From Candidatus Limnocylindria bacterium (lineage in GTDB: Bacteria; Chloroflexota; Limnocylindria; QHBO01): DNA of 64,000 nucleotides. Where the stretch lies: the NCBI GenBank assembly GCA_036556325.1, contig DATBJR010000049.1, positions 24,538 through 88,537 on the forward strand, written 5' to 3'. Positions 27,378 to 35,014 of this stretch are shown piece after piece. Below the pieces are notes generated by a model, which was not told where the DNA came from, made no database searches, and was given only the letters and a program-made list of their open reading frames with translations. A program made the translations under genes and the position numbers. The stretch's first letter is position 1; every line of letters starts with the position of its first letter.

Positions 27378-28684
27378 GCGACGGGCGCGGCCGTCCGCCC
27401 CGCGGCGCGGCGGCGGAACGCAGCACGGCGGCGGAGCAGGAGCTCGCCGTCCATCGCCGGCTGATGCGCTTCGGCGATCACGAGTCGCGGGTCGCGCCGG
27501 TCTGGTCGGAGAAGGACACCAGCGTGGCGGCCGTCGAGGGGCATCTCGCCAGCCTCTGGACGCTCGCCGGCGACGATGGTCCGCGCGTGACGGAGAAGGG
27601 GATGCCTCACGCACGCGCCTCGGTGCTGAACCTGATCGTGACCGTTCCGGACGAGCTGTCGGCCGATCGGGTGGTGTCGACCCTGCTGGGCCTGGGCTTC
27701 CGGCACCCGTCACGCGCCATCGTGCTTGCCGCCAACCCGCGGGCCGGTGGTCCCGCGGTGGATGCCTCGGTCAGCGCGCACTGCCACGCGATCCACGACG
27801 CGGACGAGCAGGTCTGCTACGAGGAGGTCGTGCTCACCGTCCGCGGCGAGGCTGCCGAGCACCTGGACGGCGTCGTCGCTCCGCTGCTCATCCACGACCT
27901 GCCGACCCTGGTCTGGTGGCCGGGCGATCCGCCCTTCGCCGACCCGATCTTCGACCAGCTGGTGGAGATGGGCGATCGGCTCATCCTGGACAGCAGCGAT
28001 TTCGGCGACCTCCTGTTCGGGCTCCGGCGGCTGTCGACCCTGCGGCGGCGCAGCGGCATCGCCGACCTCTCTTGGAAGCGGTTGGGCTGGTGGCAGGAGC
28101 TGACGGCCCAGTTCTTCGATGCGCCGCGCTTCCGTCGGTATCTCCCGAACCTCAACCGGGTGATCATCCGCTACGCGCTGGCACCGGCAACCGGATCAGC
28201 CCCGCAGCCCGAGCCGGAGTTCCCGGCACCGGGAGTTTCCAGCCCGATTGCCCAGGCGATGCTGTACGCGTCATGGATCGCCTCGCGGCTGGACTGGAAG
28301 CGACACAGCACCGTCCAACCGCTGGCCAATGGGCACCTGCAGCTGACGCTGGAAGGTCGCTACGCGATGGTGGAGCTGCGGATCGAGGGCGAGCCGACGA
28401 ACGTCGCGCCCGAGGGTGACCTGCTCTCGGTCCGGCTCCGTGCCCGCGGGGAGACGGGTGCGGCCGAGTTCATCATCGACCGCGATGGCGACGAGGCGAT
28501 CGTCGCGTCGAACGCGGACGGCATGACCGCCCAGCTGCGCCGCGTGCGAATGGAGCTGCCCACCGACAGCGAGCTGCTGGCCTCGACCATGGTCGCCGGC
28601 ACGCACGAGCCGGTGTACGAGGCCGCCGTCCGCGCGGCGGGGGTCCTCCTGGCCGCGGCTCGGCCGGTCGAGGAGGCCGGGTGA
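27374..28684 (+). CDS. opcA: OpcA, glucose-6-phosphate dehydrogenase assembly/effector protein
   Basis: Lies directly downstream of zwf, with GTG 27374 overlapping the zwf stop. OpcA-like size and pattern (ASVLNLIV, HPSRAIVL, TLVWWPG). A later start near 27464 is possible. Confidence 0.8.
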   Translation: MSDGRGRPPRGAAAERSTAAEQELAVHRRLMRFGDHESRVAPVWSEKDTSVAAVEGHLASLWTLAGDDGPRVTEKGMPHARASVLNLIVTVPDELSADRVVSTLLGLGFRHPSRAIVLAANPRAGGPAVDASVSAHCHAIHDADEQVCYEEVVLTVRGEAAEHLDGVVAPLLIHDLPTLVWWPGDPPFADPIFDQLVEMGDRLILDSSDFGDLLFGLRRLSTLRRRSGIADLSWKRLGWWQELTAQFFDAPRFRRYLPNLNRVIIRYALAPATGSAPQPEPEFPAPGVSSPIAQAMLYASWIASRLDWKRHSTVQPLANGHLQLTLEGRYAMVELRIEGEPTNVAPEGDLLSVRLRARGETGAAEFIIDRDGDEAIVASNADGMTAQLRRVRMELPTDSELLASTMVAGTHEPVYEAAVRAAGVLLAAARPVEEAG

Positions 28685-29454
28685 CCCGCGAGTTCATCGT
28701 CCTGGACGATGCGAACGCCGTGGCCACCGCAACCGCAGAACGCCTCATCGCCGCCGGCGAGGAGGCGATCGCGCGCCACGGGCGGTTCTTCCTGGCCCTG
28801 ACGGGCGGCTCCACCCCGCTGATGGTGTGCCCGCTGCTGGTCGTCCCGCCGCTGGTCAACGCCCTGGACTGGTCGAAGGTCGAGTTCTTCTTCGGCGACG
28901 AGCGGGCAGTCCCGTCGCGCCATCCCGAGTCGAACTACAACCTGGCCCGCACTGCGCTGCTCGACTACCTCCCCCGCGTGCGGCCCGGACAGGTGCACCG
29001 CATGCTCGGCGAGGCGGCGGATCTCGACGCGGCCAGCCGTGCCTACGAGGCGCTCATTGCCCGGACGCTCGGGGCGCCACACGGCGCCATCTCCTCCTTC
29101 GATCTGATCTGGCTGGGCATGGGACCCGACGGCCATACCGCCTCCCTCTTCCCCGACACTGCCGCGATGCAGGAGCGGAGCCGCTGGGTCGTTGCCAACT
29201 GGGTGCCGAAGCTGGATGCCTGGCGCATGACCATGACCTACCCACTTCTCAACGCGGCACGCGAGGTGAACTTCGTGGTCACCGGCGCCGACAAGGCGGC
29301 GGCCCTCGCCGCGGTCCGCGATGGCTCCGCAGCGGTGCCCGCCGCCGCAGTCGAGGCCGCTCGCACGGTGTGGTACGTCGATCGGGCCGCGGCCCAACAG
29401 GCCGAGCCCGCAGCATCCACCGGCGAGGCACCCGGCCGCGCGGCGAGCGGCTAG
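28681..29454 (+). CDS. pgl: 6-phosphogluconolactonase
   Basis: LALTGGSTP, FFGDERAVP and LGMGPDGHTASLFP motifs. GTGA overlap with opcA. Confidence 0.85.
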   Translation: MTREFIVLDDANAVATATAERLIAAGEEAIARHGRFFLALTGGSTPLMVCPLLVVPPLVNALDWSKVEFFFGDERAVPSRHPESNYNLARTALLDYLPRVRPGQVHRMLGEAADLDAASRAYEALIARTLGAPHGAISSFDLIWLGMGPDGHTASLFPDTAAMQERSRWVVANWVPKLDAWRMTMTYPLLNAAREVNFVVTGADKAAALAAVRDGSAAVPAAAVEAARTVWYVDRAAAQQAEPAASTGEAPGRAASG

Positions 29455-29464
29455 GCTGCCGCCG

Positions 29465-29728
29465 ATGGCGTGGCTCTTCCTGGTGGCGGCGGTGGTCTGC
29501 GGGGCGGCGGCCTACGCGGTCGGCTGGCCGGCGTGGAGTGGCTACCGCCAGCGCGAGGCGCGCGACGCCAATGCCGAGCGTTACCTGGCCTGGCGGGGTC
29601 GCGCCGCCTCCCCCGTCGAGGCGGAGGGGAGCGGACCGACGCGCGCCGAGCGACGCCGCATCTGGTTGGCCGGCCTGCTGGCCGGTGCCGCGTTCGCGCT
29701 CGTGCTGGCCTTCCTGCTCGCCTCCTGA
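29465..29728 (+). CDS. Small two-TM membrane protein (87 aa)
   Basis: Internal ATG 29465. Hydrophobic N- and C-terminal helices flank a charged loop. No recognisable family. Confidence 0.45.
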   Translation: MAWLFLVAAVVCGAAAYAVGWPAWSGYRQREARDANAERYLAWRGRAASPVEAEGSGPTRAERRRIWLAGLLAGAAFALVLAFLLAS

Positions 29729-29732
29729 GCCG

Positions 29733-30077
29733 ATGCGGGTCGAGCTCCTCTACACGGAGGCCGATCCCCACTACATGACCCTCCGCCAGCGGCTGGCTGA
29801 GGTGCTGTCGGAGGACGCCTTCGAGACGCCGATCCAGATGATCGCGGTCAGCTCCCCGGAGGACGCCGAGCTGCTGGGCTTCAGTGGCTCGCCAACCGTC
29901 CGCATCGACGGCGCCGACATCTGGCCCGCGGACGACGGCGGCATCGGCCTTGCGCCCCGCCGCTACCCGGCGGACGATGACCTCGACGGCCCCCCAACCG
30001 AACGCCTGCCGGGCAAGGCGCTCATCCGGCGTGCCGTTGAACGCGCTCGCGGCTGGAGCCACGGCCGGGCGCCCTGA
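29733..30077 (+). CDS. Thioredoxin-fold-like small protein (no CxxC)
   Basis: 114 aa. The GSPTVRIDG pattern is typical of thioredoxin-like/glutaredoxin-like small proteins. This is the internal ATG of a long shadow ORF. Confidence 0.45.
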   Translation: MRVELLYTEADPHYMTLRQRLAEVLSEDAFETPIQMIAVSSPEDAELLGFSGSPTVRIDGADIWPADDGGIGLAPRRYPADDDLDGPPTERLPGKALIRRAVERARGWSHGRAP

Positions 30078-30142
30078 GCCGCCGCCCGCTCAGCGCCGCC
30101 GGCTGGCTGGCGGTAGACTCGGCCGACCATGGGATTGCGGCA

Positions 30143-30601
30143 GTGAGCGCCAGCAAGCGTCCGAGCACGTCGAGCCTGCGCCGCTTCATCACCTCGCGAC
30201 CCTACGTCACGGTCGCCGAGCTGCGGCGGCGGTTCGGCCTGGACGACCCCGACGCCATGGCCCTGCTGCAGCGCAACGGGACGGTTGCCTGGATCGGCCT
30301 CCCGGAGCGTGAGGCGGCCAAGCTGCAGGAGCTGTGGAACCGCGACGAGCTCGGCGTCGAGCTGTCGGTCGAGGTCAACGCCCCGGTCGCCGTCGGCGTG
30401 TACCCGATGCGCATCGCCCGCTTCGTCATCGACGCGAACGGCGGACCGACCGGCCATGCCGCGACGAACGGGCACTCTCCCGCGCCTCCGGGCCCGGAGC
30501 CGTTCGATCCCGCGCTGCGGCCGGCCGGATCCGCCCAGGTCGCTCCCTCGCACCGCGACGGGCTGCCGATCTACGCCCAGCGTGCCGACAACCCGCACTG
30601 A
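30143..30601 (+). CDS. Hypothetical protein
   Basis: 152 aa. Structured-looking N-terminal ~95 aa and a P/G/A-rich tail. No motif recognised. Confidence 0.4.
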   Translation: MSASKRPSTSSLRRFITSRPYVTVAELRRRFGLDDPDAMALLQRNGTVAWIGLPEREAAKLQELWNRDELGVELSVEVNAPVAVGVYPMRIARFVIDANGGPTGHAATNGHSPAPPGPEPFDPALRPAGSAQVAPSHRDGLPIYAQRADNPH

Positions 30602-30602
30602 G

Positions 30603-30947
30603 GTGCGGCGGGTCGTCATCGTGGGCCGTGACCTGATTGCCGCGACCCGGATCGCCGATGCTGCCGCGGCCGCCGGCTGCGACGCGGCCCGGGTGGACAC
30701 CCCGGACCAGCTGCCCGACGCATCGGAGATCGGCCTGGCCTTCGTCGACTGGGACGACCGGCAGGCGGACTGGGGCGCCAGCCTGCGGCGCTGGCGGGAC
30801 GCCGCAGACACCCCGGCTCCGCGCCTCCTGCTCTTCGGTTCGCACCGCGACGTGGCCGGTCATCGCGCGGCGCGAGCCAACGGCCTGGGACCGATGCTGG
30901 CGCGCTCGAAGCTGTTCGCATCGTTGCCGTCATTGCTGCGCGAGTGA
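30603..30947 (+). CDS. Stand-alone receiver (REC)-like domain protein with degenerate acidic pocket
   Basis: 114 aa. The pattern aligns by eye with CheY. RVVIVGRD matches beta1. LAFVDWD matches beta3, with an Asp at the phospho-acceptor position (compare CheY FVISDWNMP). LLLFGSH matches the beta4 Ser/Thr. MLARSKLF matches the beta5 Lys. The stop overlaps the first sulfotransferase start. Confidence 0.35.
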   Translation: MRRVVIVGRDLIAATRIADAAAAAGCDAARVDTPDQLPDASEIGLAFVDWDDRQADWGASLRRWRDAADTPAPRLLLFGSHRDVAGHRAARANGLGPMLARSKLFASLPSLLRE

Positions 30948-31864
30948 CGCACCGCGTGGCGCGGGTCCCGGACTTCTTCATCGTCGGCGCCCCGAAGGCC
31001 GGGACGACCGCGATGTACGAGTACCTGCGCGGTCACCCGGACCTGTTCCTGCCCGAGCGCAAGGAGCTGCGGTTCTTCGGCTCCGACCTCGACATTCGCG
31101 ATCGCACGCCGCTGACGACCGAGCAGTACCTCGACTACTTTGCCGATGCGCCGGCGGGCTCGCTGATCGGGACGGCTTATGTCTGGTACCTGTACTCGCG
31201 GTCGGCGGCGCAGGAGATCGCGGCCTTCAGCCCCGGCGCGCGGATCATCGCCATGCTGCGCAACCCGGTCGCCATGCTGCCGGCGCTGCATGCCGAACAC
31301 CTGACGAACGGGAACGAGGACATCCGCGACTTCACGGCCGCGCTCGACGCGGAGCCTGACCGGCGTGCCGGCCGGCGGATTCCGTCCCACGCCCACCTGC
31401 CGCAGGGCCTCTGGTACACCGATGTGCCGCGCTACGCCGAACAGCTCGAGCGGTACTTCGCGGCCTTCGGTCGCGATCGGGTGCGGGTGATCGTCTTCGA
31501 CGACTTCGTGGCGGACACGGCGGCCGTCTACCGCGACACGCTCCGCTTCCTGGGGGTGGACGACGGCTATCGGCCTCCGACCTTCACCGCGGTGAATGCG
31601 AACCGCCGGATCCGGTCCGAGCGCTGGCGCCATTTCCTGGCCCGCCCGCCGGAGCGGCTGCGGATCCTGATCCACCACCTCGTCCCGGCGCGGCTGCGAC
31701 GCGCGGCCTATGAGCGGGCAAAGGAGCTGAACGTCGTGGCGGCGCCCCGGGAACCCCTTCCGCCGGCGACGGCGGAGCGCCTGGCGGCGGCATTTGGTCC
31801 CGAGGTTGCGCACCTTTCCGCACTGCTCCGCCGCGATCTGACCACCCTCTGGCGGAGCAGTTGA
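30944..31864 (+). CDS. Sulfotransferase, Sulfotransfer_1 type (heparan-sulfate NDST/3-OST-like motif pattern)
   Basis: 5'-PSB loop FFIVGAPKAGTTAMYEYLRGHPDLF. 3'-PB segment RIIAMLRNPVAMLPALH. YAEQLERYF...RVRVIVFDDF...TLRFLGV parallels the NDST sulfotransferase domain layout. Confidence 0.8.
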   Translation: MTHRVARVPDFFIVGAPKAGTTAMYEYLRGHPDLFLPERKELRFFGSDLDIRDRTPLTTEQYLDYFADAPAGSLIGTAYVWYLYSRSAAQEIAAFSPGARIIAMLRNPVAMLPALHAEHLTNGNEDIRDFTAALDAEPDRRAGRRIPSHAHLPQGLWYTDVPRYAEQLERYFAAFGRDRVRVIVFDDFVADTAAVYRDTLRFLGVDDGYRPPTFTAVNANRRIRSERWRHFLARPPERLRILIHHLVPARLRRAAYERAKELNVVAAPREPLPPATAERLAAAFGPEVAHLSALLRRDLTTLWRSS

Positions 31865-32001
31865 CTGCACGCACCGGTACCACCGTCCCGGTTATTGCGC
31901 TAGTACTTCCGTTCAGGCAAAGTCGGGGTCGGAGTTATCGCTTCGTTATCAAGCGCTTATTTACTCGCTGATCCCGAGCATCAGTGCGAGGGGGAGGTTC
32001 A
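31865..32001 (+). promoter_or_regulatory. AT-rich promoter/regulatory region of the main biosynthetic operon, with 11-bp-phased TTAT(C/T) direct repeats
   Basis: Visibly the lowest-GC stretch I noticed. GTTATC at 31934 and 31945 and CTTATT at 31956 are spaced 11 bp apart. Candidate -35 TTATCG (31935-31940), 17-nt spacer, -10 TATTTA (31958-31963). RBS GGGGGAGG at 31989-31997. Confidence 0.4.
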
Positions 32002-32727
32002 TTGGCCGATACCATCCAGCACCGACGGGAGGCTCTGCAGGCAGCCGCCCTCTCGGCACTCCCGCTGCCCGAGCTGGAGTCGGTTCCCGCGCGACCGGAG
32101 GCCTTGACCGCCGTCCGCAAGCGCGCGGTTGACATCGCCGCCGCCGGGGTGCTGCTGCTCGCGTTCAGTCCCCTGTGGCTGCTCTGCGCCCTGCTCATCA
32201 AGCTGACGTCGCGCGGCCCGGTGATCTTCCGCCAGGAACGCATCGGCGCCGGCCAGCGGCCGTTCACCGTCTACAAATTCCGCACCATGCGGGTCGACAC
32301 ATCGGACGCGATCCACCGCGACTTCGTGACGCGCTACATCCTGGGCTCGCTGAGCCTGGACGCCGGTGCCTCCTACAAGCTGCCACGCGATCATCGGATC
32401 ACCGCGATCGGGCGCATCCTGCGCAAGCTCTCGCTCGACGAGGTGCCGCAGCTCGTCAACGTTCTGCGCGGGGAGATGTCGATCGTCGGGCCGCGGCCGC
32501 CGCTGCGCTACGAGGTGGAGAACTACGAGCCGTGGCAGCTCGGCCGCCTGGCCGTGCGGCCGGGCGTCACCGGCCTCTGGCAGGTGTCCGGCCGCAATCG
32601 GCTCAGCTTCGCGGAGATGTGCGAGCTCGACCTGCAGTACATCCAGTCGTGGAGCCTGCGCAAGGACCTGGCGATCATGGTTCGCACGCCGTGGGTCATG
32701 CTCGTGGACGCGGGAGGTGCCGAATGA
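32002..32727 (+). CDS. Priming phosphoglycosyl transferase (small bacterial sugar transferase, WbaP C-terminal/EpsL-like)
   Basis: PVIFRQERIG..RPFTVYKFRTM and DEVPQLVNVLRGEMSIVGPRPP motifs. One N-terminal TM. TTG 32002 preferred over GTG 31984 because of RBS spacing. Confidence 0.85.
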   Translation: MADTIQHRREALQAAALSALPLPELESVPARPEALTAVRKRAVDIAAAGVLLLAFSPLWLLCALLIKLTSRGPVIFRQERIGAGQRPFTVYKFRTMRVDTSDAIHRDFVTRYILGSLSLDAGASYKLPRDHRITAIGRILRKLSLDEVPQLVNVLRGEMSIVGPRPPLRYEVENYEPWQLGRLAVRPGVTGLWQVSGRNRLSFAEMCELDLQYIQSWSLRKDLAIMVRTPWVMLVDAGGAE

Positions 32728-33824
32728 GCGGCATCGTGCGCGCGGGCGTCATCGGCTGCGGCTACTGGGGCCCCAACCTCATCCGCAACTTCGCGCACCA
32801 CGATGACGCCACCGTGGCCATGGTGGCTGACGCGGTGCTCGAACGGGCCCAGCGGGTGGCGCGCATGTACAACGTGCCAGTGGCCACCACCGACGCCATG
32901 GACATCATCTCGTCGCCCGACATCGACGTGGTGGTCGTCGCCACCCCGGCTCGCACCCACGCGCCGCTGGCCAAGGCCGCCATCGAAGCGGGCAAGCATG
33001 TCCTGATCATGAAGCCGATGACGACGTCGGTCGAGGATGCAGAGGAGCTCGTCGCACTCGCCGAGCGCCGGGGCGTCCTGGTGGCCGTGGATCACACGTT
33101 CGTCTACACCGGTGCGGTGCGGATGATGCGCGACCTGGTGGAGAGCGGCGCCCTGGGCGAGATCTTCTACGTGGACAGCGTGCGCATCAACCTGGGTGTC
33201 TTCCAGTCGGACGTGAACGTCATCTGGGACCTGGCGCCGCACGACGTCAGCATCATCGACTACGTTCTCGGCGGCATCCTGCCGACGCAGGTCAGCGCGT
33301 TCGGCGCGGCGCATGCCGGCAGCCGGCGCGAGAACATCGCCTACCTGACCATGCGCTACGGTCCGAACGTGGTCGGTCACGTCCACGTGAACTGGCTCGC
33401 GCCGGCCAAGATCCGCCGCACGATCGTCGGTGGCTCGAAGCAGATGATCGTCTGGGACGACATGCAGCCGTCGGAGAAGCTGCTGATCTACGACAAGGGC
33501 GTGACCATCGCGCCGGATGATGATCCGGAGAAGGTCTACGAGGAGCTCGTGTCGTATCGCTCCGGCGACGTGCTGGCGCCCCGGCTCGATGACCGCGAGG
33601 CGCTGTCGGTCGAGGTGGACGAGGTGATCCGCTGCATCCGCCAGGGCGGCACGCCGATCTCCGACGGATCCGCCGGGCTGCGTGCCGTTCGCGTGCTCGA
33701 GGCGGCAGCCCGATCCGCGCGCGACGGGTCCCATCCCGTCGAGCTTGACGGCGGAAACCCGAATGCCGTCGTGCCGCTGCGGATCGTTCCCGAAACCGAG
33801 GCCCGGGCCGCATCGGCCAAGTAG
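32724..33824 (+). CDS. Gfo/Idh/MocA family NAD(P)-dependent sugar(-nucleotide) oxidoreductase
   Basis: VRAGVIGCGYWGPNLIRNF Rossmann motif. HVLIMKPM (EKP-like). ATGA overlap with the upstream gene. 366 aa. Confidence 0.85.
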   Translation: MSGIVRAGVIGCGYWGPNLIRNFAHHDDATVAMVADAVLERAQRVARMYNVPVATTDAMDIISSPDIDVVVVATPARTHAPLAKAAIEAGKHVLIMKPMTTSVEDAEELVALAERRGVLVAVDHTFVYTGAVRMMRDLVESGALGEIFYVDSVRINLGVFQSDVNVIWDLAPHDVSIIDYVLGGILPTQVSAFGAAHAGSRRENIAYLTMRYGPNVVGHVHVNWLAPAKIRRTIVGGSKQMIVWDDMQPSEKLLIYDKGVTIAPDDDPEKVYEELVSYRSGDVLAPRLDDREALSVEVDEVIRCIRQGGTPISDGSAGLRAVRVLEAAARSARDGSHPVELDGGNPNAVVPLRIVPETEARAASAK

Positions 33825-33902
33825 GCGAGACCCCCGGTCTCCGGCCCCGGCAGGGCGCGCGGTATGATCGGCGCTCGCCCGCGATCGCGATAGGAATCTG
33901 AC

Positions 33903-35012
33903 GTGGAGCTACGAACCCTCTTCCACATCGTCACCAGCCGCTGGTGGCTGGTGCTGCCGATCTTCGTGCTGACGCTTGCCGCCGCGATCGGGTTGACCAT
34001 CGTGCAGCAGCCGCTGTACAGCGCGTCATCCACGTTGGTCGTGGCGCCGTCGGTGACGGACCAGAACACGCTCGACGTCATCTCGCTGCTGTCCCGGCAG
34101 TCGGAGATCAGCGACACCTACGCCCAGATCGGCTCCAGCCGAACGGTGCAGGAGGCCGCCGCCAAGCAGCTCAGCCTGAGCGCGGCGGATCGGGCCGAGC
34201 TGCAGCTGGAGAGCGTCCTGGTCAGCGGCACGACGCTGCTCGAGATCACGGCCACCTCCCCGAACCCGGAGATCGCCGCCGATTACGCCAATGCTGTCTC
34301 GCAGCAGCTGGCGAGCTACGTGAACGCGCACTATGGCGTCTTTTCGGTCAGCGCCCTTGATCCGGCCGGCATTCCGAGCCGTCCCGTGTCGCCCGACGTT
34401 CCGCTCAACCTGGCGCTCGGCGTCGCCGGCGGGCTGGTGCTTGGCGTCGGCCTGGCGCTGGTCGCACACCTCGTCCAGCCGCAGGCCCGGGCGGGGCTGC
34501 GCGATATCGTCGATCCCGAGACCTGGGCCTTCAACGACTCGTACTTCGCCTACCGGCTCGCCCAGGAGATGAACCGCAGCACGCGCAGCCGGCAGACAAC
34601 CGCGGTGGCGCTCATCGACGTCAACCACGAGAACGCGCTCGACGACCTGATGCCCCGCGTCCGGACCGAGGCGTTCCGTCGGATCGCGACCCTGCTGGAC
34701 AGTCACGTCCGACCGGAGGACATCGTGGCGCGCCTGTACGGCAGCGTGTTCGGGATCGTCATGCCGGACACCAACGAGGAGCAGGCGGTGGCCATCGTCG
34801 AGGGCCTGCGCAGCCGGCTGGCGGGCCCCGCCTTCGGCACGACCGCGAACGGCGTCCCGGCCCATGCCAATCCGGCCGCCGGCGTGGTCGAATACCGCGA
34901 GGGATCGGGTGACGTGATGCAGCACGCACAGAGCGCGCTGCGAGCAGCCAAGGAAGGCCCCATCGGGCGAACAGAGGCGTTCTCGGCACTGTCGGTCCAG
35001 CCCGGGACCTGA
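33903..35012 (+). CDS. Polysaccharide co-polymerase (Wzz/PCP) fused to a degenerate GGDEF domain with retained RxxD I-site
   Basis: TM1 (aa 13-33), a ~135-aa external Wzz-like segment, then TM2 (aa 168-190). Residues ~204-360 align along their length with PleD-type GGDEF domains. The active site reads YGSVF (aa 279-283) instead of GG(D/E)EF. RPED (aa 270-273) sits at the canonical I-site distance. Confidence 0.75.
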   Translation: MELRTLFHIVTSRWWLVLPIFVLTLAAAIGLTIVQQPLYSASSTLVVAPSVTDQNTLDVISLLSRQSEISDTYAQIGSSRTVQEAAAKQLSLSAADRAELQLESVLVSGTTLLEITATSPNPEIAADYANAVSQQLASYVNAHYGVFSVSALDPAGIPSRPVSPDVPLNLALGVAGGLVLGVGLALVAHLVQPQARAGLRDIVDPETWAFNDSYFAYRLAQEMNRSTRSRQTTAVALIDVNHENALDDLMPRVRTEAFRRIATLLDSHVRPEDIVARLYGSVFGIVMPDTNEEQAVAIVEGLRSRLAGPAFGTTANGVPAHANPAAGVVEYREGSGDVMQHAQSALRAAKEGPIGRTEAFSALSVQPGT

Positions 35013-35014
35013 CG

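Noticed and set aside
33903-35012. Calling the C-terminal domain an active diguanylate cyclase
   Set aside because: The GG(D/E)EF signature is YGSVF, and the metal/substrate-binding positions (IDVNHEN, LDDLMP) are altered. Only the RxxD I-site is retained, so a receptor role is proposed instead.
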